From sequence record LR756500.1: DNA of 64,000 nucleotides; one strand, 5' to 3'. The notes below the pieces were generated by a model that did not search any database, was not told the origin of the DNA, and saw nothing but the letters and a program-made list of their open reading frames with translations. This document shows positions 47,193-56,775 of this stretch, piece after piece (the first letter of the stretch is position 1; each line of letters begins with the position of its first letter). The position numbers and the translations under genes are program-made.

Positions 47193-47878
47193 AAATCGGG
47201 ATTTGTAATTCTTATATCGTAAGTTGTAAAATTTTCAAAATCTAATTCATCTGCTTCTAATCTTCTATTTAAACTATCACCTGGCATTTTTCTTTGTGCT
47301 AATCTAGTTTTTCTAACAGTTTTAGGTATGTCAAAATACATTATAAAACAATTTTTTCTATCAGCTTGTGAAATTTTAGATATACCAGATGGTGTCATTA
47401 TAAAAATATCATCTTTATAAAATTGTTGTTTTGATGTTCCATAATGCCATCCATTAAAACTAACGTATTCATACCAAAACCTTGATTGTATTTTTTCTTC
47501 AAAATCTTTATTTGAAATAAAAACATAATCTTTATTATTTACTTCTCCATCTCTTGGTGGCCTAGTAGTATACGATGTAGCATACACATATCCTTTATCT
47601 TCAAATAATTTTCTAGCATAATCTTTGCCAGATGCAGCTGCTCCTACTAATATTATTCTTTTATGATTTCTATAAAAATATTTTACTTCTATTGTGCATG
47701 TTTGCATACTTCTAGCAACTGGTAAAATATTAATTTCTTGAATATCAACCATTATAGGATCTAAACCATTTCTAATTAAATTTTTTTCTAATATAATATT
47801 AGTCAATTTATTATTTCTATCATATTTTTCAAATAAGCTAGAATCATCTTTTGATATTATAAAAGTTGTAGATAACAT
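47189..47878 (-). CDS. gmk: Guanylate kinase-like protein with N-terminal extension
   Basis: VGAAASGKD, SYTTRPPRDGE.N.KDY.F, YGTS, RRL.AD. Confidence 0.85.
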   Translation of the reverse strand: MLSTTFIISKDDSSLFEKYDRNNKLTNIILEKNLIRNGLDPIMVDIQEINILPVARSMQTCTIEVKYFYRNHKRIILVGAAASGKDYARKLFEDKGYVYATSYTTRPPRDGEVNNKDYVFISNKDFEEKIQSRFWYEYVSFNGWHYGTSKQQFYKDDIFIMTPSGISKISQADRKNCFIMYFDIPKTVRKTRLAQRKMPGDSLNRRLEADELDFENFTTYDIRITNPDF

Positions 47879-48402
47879 TATATTTTCATTTTAAAATTAT
47901 GTTGTTTAATAATTGCTAATATAGCTTCTGCATTTCCTTTTGCATCGTCTAAAGCATTATGTGTATGCTTGGTTTTTCTTAAATGTTTAAAAGAAGCATA
48001 ATAATCTCCTGCTATACCTTTATATAGTGATGTTAAACTTGTACAACTAAATCCAAAGGGATTTGATTGAGTATAATGATTTAAATACCAACACATAAAC
48101 ATCCAATCAAATCCAGCATTATCTGCTATCATTCTAGGTTGTCCTATATTTGTTTTTAAAATCCAGTCTTTGAATTCAAGCATAACATCTAATGGATTTC
48201 TAAACGTTATACATTGATCTCTGGTAAATCCTGATACTGATAATGCTTCTGGAATCCATTTTTGTGAAATAGGTTTAAGTTCTGTGTAAAATGTTTTGTC
48301 TAATTTTCCTTCTTTATCTATCATTACAGCACCAAACGAAATCATTGAATAGTCACCAGGTATAGGGCCATCAGCCTCTACATCTATTGAGAAAAAACTC
48401 AT
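47878..48402 (-). CDS. DEDDh 3'-5' exonuclease
   Basis: SIDVEADGP, MISFGAV, N.GFDW.F, H.H.ALDDA. Confidence 0.88.
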   Translation of the reverse strand: MSFFSIDVEADGPIPGDYSMISFGAVMIDKEGKLDKTFYTELKPISQKWIPEALSVSGFTRDQCITFRNPLDVMLEFKDWILKTNIGQPRMIADNAGFDWMFMCWYLNHYTQSNPFGFSCTSLTSLYKGIAGDYYASFKHLRKTKHTHNALDDAKGNAEAILAIIKQHNFKMKI

Positions 48403-48458
48403 AGTTATTTAATTTTAAATTTATTTAATTATAAGGGAATAATTAATTTAGTTTCGCA

Positions 48459-49256
48459 TTAAACCGATGTAGTTTTAGCGAAATGATTTTCTAATCTTTG
48501 TAATAGTTTTGTTGTTACAAATTTAGTATCTAAAGGCATATCTGATTTATTAATAATCCAGCTAAAATAGCTTTTATCTGTCTTAAAAACTTCAGCTACG
48601 GTTTTTCCTTGATATTTACCAAAATTAAAAATGATTTTTTTATCTTCAGTCATTTTAAATCTTCTAGCATAATCAACAATGTTAGGTTCATTAATCAATT
48701 TATCGATTTCATCTATTGATGAAGGCATTTTTTCACCATAAACCTCTAATTGTTTATTAAATATTTCTATTGTTGCATCTATATCAGCTTCTGCTGTATG
48801 CGCATTTTCTAATGTTTTTCCTGTATATTTTTCGTATACTGCTTCTAATTTTCTAGATTCCATCGTAGTTAAAATTGAATATGCATCTATAACTCTAACT
48901 TGACGAGGATCATAATTAATTCCAGCTCTCATGAATTCTTCAATTAGTATTGGAATATCAAATCTCATACAGTTATATCCACCTAAATCACAATTATTTA
49001 TAAATGAAAATATTTCATTTGAAACAGATTTAAATGTTGGACTATTTTTAAGATCTTCTAAACTAATACCATGTTTTTCGAAAGCACCAAGTTCAATCGT
49101 TTTTCCCTCTGGATTAATCCTTGAATAATATACTGCTGTAGAATAATCTACATTAATTTTTTTAATACAAATTTCTATAATTCTATCTTGTGATATATTT
49201 AAGCCTGTCGTCTCTACATCAAAAAAGGCTATACTTTTATTTAATTTTATTTTCAT
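48459..49256 (-). CDS. DNA polymerase III epsilon-like 3'-5' exonuclease
   Basis: FFDVETTG, DRIIEI, GYN..RFD.P.L, AH.AEADI, FNFGKY.G. Confidence 0.9.
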   Translation of the reverse strand: MKIKLNKSIAFFDVETTGLNISQDRIIEICIKKINVDYSTAVYYSRINPEGKTIELGAFEKHGISLEDLKNSPTFKSVSNEIFSFINNCDLGGYNCMRFDIPILIEEFMRAGINYDPRQVRVIDAYSILTTMESRKLEAVYEKYTGKTLENAHTAEADIDATIEIFNKQLEVYGEKMPSSIDEIDKLINEPNIVDYARRFKMTEDKKIIFNFGKYQGKTVAEVFKTDKSYFSWIINKSDMPLDTKFVTTKLLQRLENHFAKTTSV

Positions 49257-49396
49257 TTTATAATTTTATTGCAAATTATTAATATTAAGTTAATTTAAAT
49301 AATATTTCGGTATTTGCTATTAAATCTTAATTATAATTTAATATGGCATTATATTAAATTATATGCTATTACGGATATGCACCGGTTAGGACTTAA

Positions 49397-49675
49397 TTAG
49401 GTAAAATATTTTTTAAGAGTTTCAATTGATAAATCTGCGTTTTTTAATTGCTCTGTATATTCAACTAATTTTGTTAAAATACTTTTATCCTGTAAAACAG
49501 ATATATCCTCAAGAGTAAAAGCCTTGCTTAAAACAGCTAAGGCTTCATCTCTTCGAGATTCATAATATCTAAATAATGATTTAAATAAAAGTTCTTGTGT
49601 ACTTTCATTTTCATTATGTTCAGAATCTTCAGGAATCTTATTTAATGGATTATTATGATTTTTAATTAATTCCAT
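49397..49675 (-). CDS. Hypothetical protein
   Basis: 92-aa ORF. Confidence 0.55.
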   Translation of the reverse strand: MELIKNHNNPLNKIPEDSEHNENESTQELLFKSLFRYYESRRDEALAVLSKAFTLEDISVLQDKSILTKLVEYTEQLKNADLSIETLKKYFT

Positions 49676-49905
49676 TATATTGATTTAAAATCAAATTTAT
49701 CTTTTATATTATTATTGAAAAATGTTCCTTGAGAATCTGAATATACAAATTTATTAAATGTATCTTCATCGACATTGTAATAATTATAACATTTTCCACC
49801 TTTAAATTCTACTGTTAAAACATTTTTAGTATGGTTATAGCTACTTTTAACAATCATAGTTGAATCAAATTCGTGATTCGAAATTTTTTCTGCTGTTTTT
49901 TTCAT
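49675..49905 (-). CDS. KTSC domain protein
   Basis: S..I....Y......L.VEFK.G..Y.Y.NV....F..F..S.S.G.FFN..IK. Confidence 0.88.
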   Translation of the reverse strand: MKKTAEKISNHEFDSTMIVKSSYNHTKNVLTVEFKGGKCYNYYNVDEDTFNKFVYSDSQGTFFNNNIKDKFDFKSI

Positions 49906-49924
49906 AAATTTATTTTTAAATTGT

Positions 49925-50404
49925 TTATAATATTTCTATTCTATTATGTATTTCCATTTTAACTAAAACATTACTAGATTTATCGTTATAATTAGATTTT
50001 TCTTCTATATAAAGATTATACTCTTTAACACAATGATTATTAACAAAAAAATACATTATATGAAAATTTTGTTTTTTACTAAAAAGGCTATATATAATAG
50101 TATCATTATCAGTATTATGTGTTATATCTAAACTAAAATGTTCAAGCATTACCTTTTCAAGTATTTCTTCATGAGTACGAATTCCACATTCTGGACTACA
50201 GACTGATACAGTAACTAAAACATTACTTTCATTTATATATGAATAACATTTATTTTCTAATTCTTCATATACATAATTAATCATTGGAATATAAGAGTCT
50301 TTAACTAAATTTATGTATACTCCATTTATTTCAACTTGTTTATTTTCTTGACTAAACGACATTAATGTTAATATTATTAATGCTAAAGTAAAAATTTGTT
50401 TCAT
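49925..50404 (-). CDS. Secreted hypothetical protein
   Basis: MKQIFTLALIIL..MSFSQ Bacteroidota-style signal peptide. Confidence 0.6.
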   Translation of the reverse strand: MKQIFTLALIILTLMSFSQENKQVEINGVYINLVKDSYIPMINYVYEELENKCYSYINESNVLVTVSVCSPECGIRTHEEILEKVMLEHFSLDITHNTDNDTIIYSLFSKKQNFHIMYFFVNNHCVKEYNLYIEEKSNYNDKSSNVLVKMEIHNRIEIL

Positions 50405-50405
50405 A

Positions 50406-50985
50406 TTATTTCATATTATCTGCTAAAGTGAAAAGCAGTAGTTTATTAAAATCTATTAAATCAGTTTCTGTATTGCCTATTCTATTCATTAGTTTTTTTC
50501 GTTTAGAGTCTTTCATTTCATAAAAAACTTTAATTTTTCATATGATTTTCAACTAACCATTTTATTAAAATTACATCACCACCTAAATCCTCAATAAATT
50601 TAATATTTTCTTTTTCATTTATAAATTTAATAGCAAGTGTTGGATGATCATGAGTTTTTAATTTTCCAGTTTTCATATTTAATAAAAAACGATTTATTGA
50701 AAAATGTTTATTATCATTGAATTCTTCCATTGCTAATTTATAATCATTATTTATATCTAAAATAGCAGCGTCAAATTTACATATATCGTGATATAAACCT
50801 GCCAATATTAAATTAATATCATTTGTAGTAATTAATTTTTCAACAACAATTTTAATATGCTCTGCTGTATTTTTTTCAGAATGAAAATCACTTCTTTCTT
50901 TTAAACGTTTGCATTGAAGAAATTTTTGTATTAAAAATAAAGGAGCAATATTTAATAAATCATAAATAGAATTAATTTTATGCAT
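50406..50985 (-). pseudogene. HD-domain protein with an apparent frameshift near the C-terminus
   Basis: FH.E...EH, AGLYHDICK, H; one extra A at 50534-50538 stops the ORF, and removing it gives NHMKIKVFYEMKDSKRKK...LLLFTLADNMK. Confidence 0.55.
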
Positions 50986-51023
50986 TATAAATTTATATGG
51001 GATATTAATAAATTGTTTAAAAA

Positions 51024-51224
51024 TTAATGTGTTCCGTTAATTAATGAGATTCCATGTTTTAAACCTCTTATAAAATCATCTTTTTCGAATCCTAAATCAT
51101 TTGAAATATATTTACCGATTACAATACCTATAATATTACCAACATCTCCAAGATCACCTTTTTCAAATGATACTTTATCTATTTCATTTTTAATTTCTAA
51201 AAATATTTTTTCTAAGTTTTGCAT
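51024..51224 (-). CDS. Hypothetical protein
   Basis: 66-aa ORF. Confidence 0.5.
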   Translation of the reverse strand: MQNLEKIFLEIKNEIDKVSFEKGDLGDVGNIIGIVIGKYISNDLGFEKDDFIRGLKHGISLINGTH

Positions 51225-51471
51225 TGAATATAATATTAATAATTAAAAAAAATAATTGCAGCGGTGCAATAACTATAAATAAAAAAATTAAAATAACAAT
51301 TAATATTAAAACTATAATTGTATAAATAATACCTACTTTATTAGTTTCTTTAAATAAAGAATTTAATGTTTCATTTAATTTATATGTTTCATTTTTAAGT
51401 ATTATAAAACATATTAATGTATATAAAAATCCAATAAAAATCCAATTAGTAATAAATTGATTTAATTCCAT
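51190..51471 (-). CDS. Small membrane protein
   Basis: Two hydrophobic helices. Confidence 0.55.
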   Translation of the reverse strand: MELNQFITNWIFIGFLYTLICFIILKNETYKLNETLNSLFKETNKVGIIYTIIVLILIVILIFLFIVIAPLQLFFLIINIIFNAKLRKNIFRN

Positions 51472-51746
51472 CTTGCTCCAGTTAAATCTTCAATTAATTG
51501 TTCAAAATCTAAACATATTGATTGTAATTTAGTTTTAACCATACTATGTGTTTCAGAATAATTATTTATTACTTCATTTTCATTATATAGTGTTTTTGTA
51601 ATATCAATCATTCCATTTTCTCTAACTGTAACAAAAATATCTGAATTAATTTCACAACACCATATTGTTTCCATATCAGTTAATTCAAATTTTTTATCTA
51701 ATCTATTTTCTAATAAACTTTTTAATCTTATTGCTGATAGTTCCAT
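51462..51746 (-). CDS. Hypothetical protein
   Basis: 94-aa ORF. Confidence 0.55.
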   Translation of the reverse strand: MELSAIRLKSLLENRLDKKFELTDMETIWCCEINSDIFVTVRENGMIDITKTLYNENEVINNYSETHSMVKTKLQSICLDFEQLIEDLTGARWN

Positions 51747-51757
51747 ATAAATATATT

Positions 51758-52144
51758 TTAAATTAAAAGATTTCTAGCTATAGAAGATGCATCTTGTCCA
51801 TTATACTGACCTACATATTTATTATTTAGAAAACTCATTATTTTTCCTATAGAATTTTTACCAATTAAATTAGAATTAGATATTTCTTGTTTAATTATTT
51901 CTTCTAATTGTTCTTTTTCTAATAATTTAGGTAGATATTCCTTTAAATATATATTCTCATGTTCACAGTGCGTAATTTCATTATTTTCAACCATTTTTTT
52001 AATAATTCTTATTACATCACTATCACTTGGATCTTTAGATTCTCTATCTAATTCACCTATTAAAGTTCCTAATACTAATCTTTTTTCAGGCTGCTTATTT
52101 ATCATAGCCTGTTTACGATCATCAATTATTTTTTCTTTTAACAT
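51758..52144 (-). CDS. GatB/YqeY-like protein (second copy)
   Basis: I..D.K.AM..K......L..LIGE, E..YL.EYLP..L, G.IM..L...Y.GQ..G. Confidence 0.82.
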   Translation of the reverse strand: MLKEKIIDDRKQAMINKQPEKRLVLGTLIGELDRESKDPSDSDVIRIIKKMVENNEITHCEHENIYLKEYLPKLLEKEQLEEIIKQEISNSNLIGKNSIGKIMSFLNNKYVGQYNGQDASSIARNLLI

Positions 52145-52148
52145 ATTT

Positions 52149-53381
52149 TTATTTTAGAGATTTTTTTAATTCTTTTAAATCATTAATATACATTTCTTTA
52201 GGAATTAATTTTTTAGTTTCAATTAATTCTGCCTTTTTAATTTCAAACTGATTCATTAATTCATCATATTTTTCTTTTGTTAATGAATGAATAGCCATTG
52301 ACAATAAATAAGAATAAGAATCATCAATTTTATCAAATTTTAACTTACTTAATGATTCAATTATTTTATCTTTAGGAACTTTATTAACTTTAATTTCATT
52401 ATCTATTATTCCCTTTATAAAGCGTGCTTTGTTAGATAATATTTTAACTTCATATTCTGATTTATCGATTAGATAATCTTTTCTTTTTTGATAGTAATTT
52501 AATCTAAAATCAACAAAATATTGAACTATATCTTTAGCAGATTTAAATATTTTAAGCTTTCCTGTTTCATCAAGAGTTGTTAAATTTTCAGTTTCATATT
52601 CTTGTAGCTTAAATAAATCTTCAATTTTTTCCTTTTTAAGGAAAGTCGCTAAATTTGTTCTAGAAAATTTAATTTCATAATTTATATTTTGTGAACAATT
52701 ATCTTCATATGAAGCTATTTCTTTTTTTGCTAATTTAGAATTTAAATGTTTTTCATATTTTTCATATGTTGTGCTAGGTGGTAATTCTGATATAATTATT
52801 GTACTTGTATTTGTTACTGCATATTTTCCTTCAAATATCCACCTGTTAGATTTTTCTTCATCTTTATAAATGCCTCCTGTAAAATCTTTAATCCATGGTG
52901 GTAATTCTCTAATTTTTTTACTATCTAAATGATCAAGACATGCATCAATTAATGTTTTTGGATTTCTATTTAATATATTTGTTGCAAATCCTACAGCAAT
53001 TCCTGAACTTCCATTTAATAATACAGTCGGTATTATGGGTAAGAAGAAATTCGGTTCAATTTCATTTCCTTCTTCTATTTTAGATTCTAATAATTCGAAA
53101 TCTTTATATAATAATCTAAAATTAGGATGTAACCTAGTTGATATATATCTAGGAGCTCCTGCTTCGGGAGATCTTAAACTACCAAATTGTCCAATTTCAT
53201 CTAGTAGTGGCATAGAATTTTTATAAGATTGTGCCATTCCTATAATTGCTTGATTTAATGCTGAATTATGAACTACTATTTTAGATTTACCTACTACAAA
53301 ACTTTCATATTCAGGAACTGATATATCATAATATTTTTTAGGTTCATTTAAAATATTAATTTTTATACTCTTTATTTTCAT
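52149..53381 (-). CDS. gyrA: Type II topoisomerase A subunit (gp52/GyrA-like), C-terminal fragment preceded by a 39-aa split-intein C part
   Basis: MKIKSIK...YDISV....F......VVHN|S, then AIIGMAQ, GQFGS, APRY (catalytic Tyr), PTVLLNG..GIAVGFATNI; no GyrA pinwheel CTD. Confidence 0.92.
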   Translation of the reverse strand: MKIKSIKINILNEPKKYYDISVPEYESFVVGKSKIVVHNSALNQAIIGMAQSYKNSMPLLDEIGQFGSLRSPEAGAPRYISTRLHPNFRLLYKDFELLESKIEEGNEIEPNFFLPIIPTVLLNGSSGIAVGFATNILNRNPKTLIDACLDHLDSKKIRELPPWIKDFTGGIYKDEEKSNRWIFEGKYAVTNTSTIIISELPPSTTYEKYEKHLNSKLAKKEIASYEDNCSQNINYEIKFSRTNLATFLKKEKIEDLFKLQEYETENLTTLDETGKLKIFKSAKDIVQYFVDFRLNYYQKRKDYLIDKSEYEVKILSNKARFIKGIIDNEIKVNKVPKDKIIESLSKLKFDKIDDSYSYLLSMAIHSLTKEKYDELMNQFEIKKAELIETKKLIPKEMYINDLKELKKSLK

Positions 53382-54280
53382 ATATTTTCATTTATAAAAT
53401 CAATACATAGTTTATAATTTTCTTCAATAGATTCTGTATCCCATATAACTAAAACTTTAAAATTATTTAATTTTGCTAATTGTATTTTTTCTTCAAATAT
53501 TTTTAAATATTTTTTATATCCTTCTTTAGTCATTGGATGATACCATTTATTTAATTTGTTAATATATCTATAATCTGGATGCCATCTACATCCATTAAAT
53601 TCTATTATTAATTTTTTTGTTTTAATTGTTAAATCATAGAAAAAATAACTATTATTTTTTCTTTCTAAATAAAATTCATTTTTATTTTTATTACTATCTC
53701 CATAATAAATATCATAAGTATTAATACTTTTATCGGTTATTAAATAATTTATAACTTTACTAAAAACTTTCATAGAAGCATTAGAAGCATTAGAATTAAA
53801 AGGTTTATAATACCCATTTCTTTTTATTAATATATTTTTAACTTTTAATTTTACTTCTTCTATTTGACCTGGATTAATAATTCCTTCTCCATATCTTTCT
53901 GTAAANNNNNNNNNNNNNNNNNNNNNTACTTTATCTCTTTGAAAAACATTTACAATTCCCTCAGTTTCTAATAATTTATTTTCCCAATTAATTCTAGATT
54001 TAGAGTTTTTAGAAAAATTATGTTTAGTTCCACAACTTTTGATATATCCAAGTTTTTTATTTTCATCTCCACATTTTTTAGAACAAGTTTCTTCACCATT
54101 TTTATTAAAATATTCTTTATCACATATTTTACACTTTTGATATTTTCTACATTTAGAACATTTAGTTGAATATAAATTTAAATCTTTTTCAATATATTTT
54201 AAACTTATAAATTTATTATTATATTCTTTATTACATCTTTTACATATTAAATTTTCATTTTTAATTTCTTTTAAATCCAT
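53378..54280 (-). CDS. Vsr-like (EDxHD) homing endonuclease; contains a 21-N assembly gap (53906-53926)
   Basis: FFYDL......IIEFNG.RWH...K...A...F.VL.IW; CKIC/TCSKKC Zn motifs. Confidence 0.8.
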   Translation of the reverse strand: MDLKEIKNENLICKRCNKEYNNKFISLKYIEKDLNLYSTKCSKCRKYQKCKICDKEYFNKNGEETCSKKCGDENKKLGYIKSCGTKHNFSKNSKSRINWENKLLETEGIVNVFQRDKVXXXXXXXFTERYGEGIINPGQIEEVKLKVKNILIKRNGYYKPFNSNASNASMKVFSKVINYLITDKSINTYDIYYGDSNKNKNEFYLERKNNSYFFYDLTIKTKKLIIEFNGCRWHPDYRYINKLNKWYHPMTKEGYKKYLKIFEEKIQLAKLNNFKVLVIWDTESIEENYKLCIDFINENI

Positions 54281-54331
54281 GTTTTATTTTATATATTAAC
54301 ATAAATTTAAGCTTTTTATTAGCATGAAGAC

Positions 54332-54871
54332 TTAGGTTAAATAAGATATAATATCATCACCTTCTTTTAAGTCTTTTACATATTTCCAAATATTACCTTT
54401 TAATAAAAATGGATGATACTCGGTAAATTTAAATATTTCGCCATTTTCCATTTCTATTTCGTATTCTTTATCTGTAATTTGACCTATACGTGCATTGCAT
54501 CCTTCAGCAATAACAAATTTATTATTAATATCATCAAATGCGATTATATTCATTTTTTTATTAGGGTAGTTTTCAGCCCATTCACCAATTTTAATATAAC
54601 TACCGTCTTCTAATAAAATAGGAGTATCATAATCCCCGCAGTCACCATGATGATAAAAAGCTTCTGCAGATACTTTACCTCCTAATTGAAATACTTTTAA
54701 AGGTTTTTCTTTACCTGTCTTCCAAATTTTATTTGCAATAAAAACTATTTTTCTTGCTGTAGGTTTTAACCCATCAATTACGGATGGAATTGCTCTATGT
54801 TCAACTACGTATTGTGCATACTCTAAATAATCTTCATCACAATATTGTGATATTGTTTTATTATTTACCAT
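54332..54871 (-). CDS. gyrA: Type II topoisomerase A subunit, N-terminal fragment + 102-aa split-intein N part
   Basis: RAIPSVIDGLKPTARK, YHHGD|CGDYDT.I, block B FT.YHPF, W..VKDLK.GD.I. Confidence 0.92.
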   Translation of the reverse strand: MVNNKTISQYCDEDYLEYAQYVVEHRAIPSVIDGLKPTARKIVFIANKIWKTGKEKPLKVFQLGGKVSAEAFYHHGDCGDYDTPILLEDGSYIKIGEWAENYPNKKMNIIAFDDINNKFVIAEGCNARIGQITDKEYEIEMENGEIFKFTEYHPFLLKGNIWKYVKDLKEGDDIISYLT

Positions 54872-54879
54872 AAATGTGT

Positions 54880-55614
54880 TTAAAATAAAGCTGTTTCTAA
54901 AATTAAAGGTTCACCTAATATTTTTTCTTTTCGTTCATCAGATTCCCCAGCAAACCAAGCTGATAATGTACTTTGATATTCTCCATCCTTTGTAATTTTT
55001 ATTACTTTAGGATTTTTTAATATTTCTTCATACTCATAATCTTCCAATGAAGCTAATCCCTTTTTATATTCTACATTCCAACTTTTAACATCTTTAATAG
55101 AATGCTCCCATTTATCATATTCATCTTGAGTATAAAAATAATTTATAGCAGTTCCTTTTTTAGTTACAACTAACGGAGTCATAACTTTATATATTTTTTC
55201 CTGCTCGAATAATTCTGGCCAATATTTTGCAAAGAAATGTATTAATGCGCCTGCAATAGCATTACCATCTGGATCAGCATCTGTATAAATATATAATTTT
55301 CCATATCTTAATCCAGCAGGTACTTCACCTAATTTTAATCCTACTGCGCCCATTAAACCTAATACTTCTTCGTTTTTAATTACTTTAGCATTAGTTAATT
55401 CACTTACATTAATAAATTTACCTTTTAATGGAAAAGCTCCAAACTTTTGAGAATCTCTAAATTTACGTACGGCTGAAAGGGCTGAATTGTGTGAAATAAT
55501 TCCATTAGATAAAATAAAACTCTCATCTTCATCTATTGCTATATCGACGACATTTTTATATCCATTATCTTTAATATACTCTATATCACATAATTCTAAA
55601 AAATTATTTTCCAT
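54880..55614 (-). CDS. gyrB: Type II topoisomerase B subunit TOPRIM fragment preceded by a 43-aa split-intein C part
   Basis: VVDIAI....SFILSNGIISHN|SA, FPLKGK, LRYGK..I.TDAD.DG..I, YKKGLAS. Confidence 0.92.
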   Translation of the reverse strand: MENNFLELCDIEYIKDNGYKNVVDIAIDEDESFILSNGIISHNSALSAVRKFRDSQKFGAFPLKGKFINVSELTNAKVIKNEEVLGLMGAVGLKLGEVPAGLRYGKLYIYTDADPDGNAIAGALIHFFAKYWPELFEQEKIYKVMTPLVVTKKGTAINYFYTQDEYDKWEHSIKDVKSWNVEYKKGLASLEDYEYEEILKNPKVIKITKDGEYQSTLSAWFAGESDERKEKILGEPLILETALF

Positions 55615-56725
55615 ATTTACTAATCTTTTCTATTAATTCATTAATATTAATACTACATTTACCTTTTTTTCCTAAGTTTACTTTAGCATCAACTAAAGCT
55701 AAATTTTCAATATGACCTATTATATTAGGACTAATCATATTTAAAAATCCAAATTTAATACTTATCATATGATCTAGATGTAACTTATTTTCCTTTTTAT
55801 ATTTTTTCCATTCTACACCAAATTTTGCTTTTCCACCTATTAATAAATTATAGTTGGTTTCATCCCATACTAATTGTGAATATATTAAATATTCATATTT
55901 TTTATCTTTAGGAATTAATTCGTATCCTTTTTCAATTAATGAAATAAGTCTATTTGATGTTCTTTTATTTATTAATTTTAACCCTTTATCAATTCCGTAT
56001 TTATCTATATAATCTTCATTAGAAGAAGAGCAGGTTGCTTTCCAATGTTCTAATTTAATAGTAGCATCATCTACACCATATTTATTTATCAAATTTGTTA
56101 GTGTTATTGCTTTTTTAGCACATAGTTGTTTCCACAAATCTTCACCGCTATCTCCATAATTATCTAAATAATATTGTTTACTGTTACTATATTTACTTTT
56201 TTTACAAAAATCTTCATATTTGTAAATTCCTTGTTCTTCTCCATATTTAGTAATAAAATATTTTTTATTTCTACTTTGACTTTTTTTATAGTCATCATAA
56301 TTTTTATGATTAATTAAATAAAATGGTGACTTATTATTTTTATGAATATAATCTAATGCTTCATTTTTATTTAAATTTAAAGTTAACGAAATAAATTCAG
56401 CAGAATTAGAATTCATTTTTAAGCCAGGACAATTTAAATTTTTTCCATAACAATAATTTTTATTATAATTACCGGTTCTCTTACCATATTGTATATTTGA
56501 AATAAATACTTGATTATCTTTAATATCAAATTCTAAATAAAAATTATGATTGTATTCTTTATTACATATATTACATTTTTTAATTTTAAATCCTAAACTT
56601 ATTAAATAATTAATTAAATTTATATTATTTTTAATTAACAACTTTTTAACAACGGCTCCAATTAATTCTATTTTAGAAGATTTAAAATATTTTTTTTCAT
56701 TATTTATTATGATATAATATTGCAT
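55604..56725 (-). CDS. HNH homing endonuclease with KYG repeats
   Basis: Four (K/N)YG repeats; C-terminal HLDH.IS......G...NL......N..K. Confidence 0.75.
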   Translation of the reverse strand: MQYYIIINNEKKYFKSSKIELIGAVVKKLLIKNNINLINYLISLGFKIKKCNICNKEYNHNFYLEFDIKDNQVFISNIQYGKRTGNYNKNYCYGKNLNCPGLKMNSNSAEFISLTLNLNKNEALDYIHKNNKSPFYLINHKNYDDYKKSQSRNKKYFITKYGEEQGIYKYEDFCKKSKYSNSKQYYLDNYGDSGEDLWKQLCAKKAITLTNLINKYGVDDATIKLEHWKATCSSSNEDYIDKYGIDKGLKLINKRTSNRLISLIEKGYELIPKDKKYEYLIYSQLVWDETNYNLLIGGKAKFGVEWKKYKKENKLHLDHMISIKFGFLNMISPNIIGHIENLALVDAKVNLGKKGKCSININELIEKISKYGK

Positions 56726-56739
56726 ATGTTTTATTTTAT

Positions 56740-56775
56740 ATATTTGAAGGCTACTAGTACTTTTCCTTCAAATAT
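56740..56775. other. 11-bp hairpin overlapping the gyrB-N stop codon and the promoter-like motif of the HNH gene
   Basis: ATATTTGAAGG (56740-56750) / CCTTCAAATAT (56765-56775). Confidence 0.5.

Noticed and set aside
53906-53926. Run of 21 N
   Set aside because: Assembly gap, not biology; the reading frame across it is unverified.
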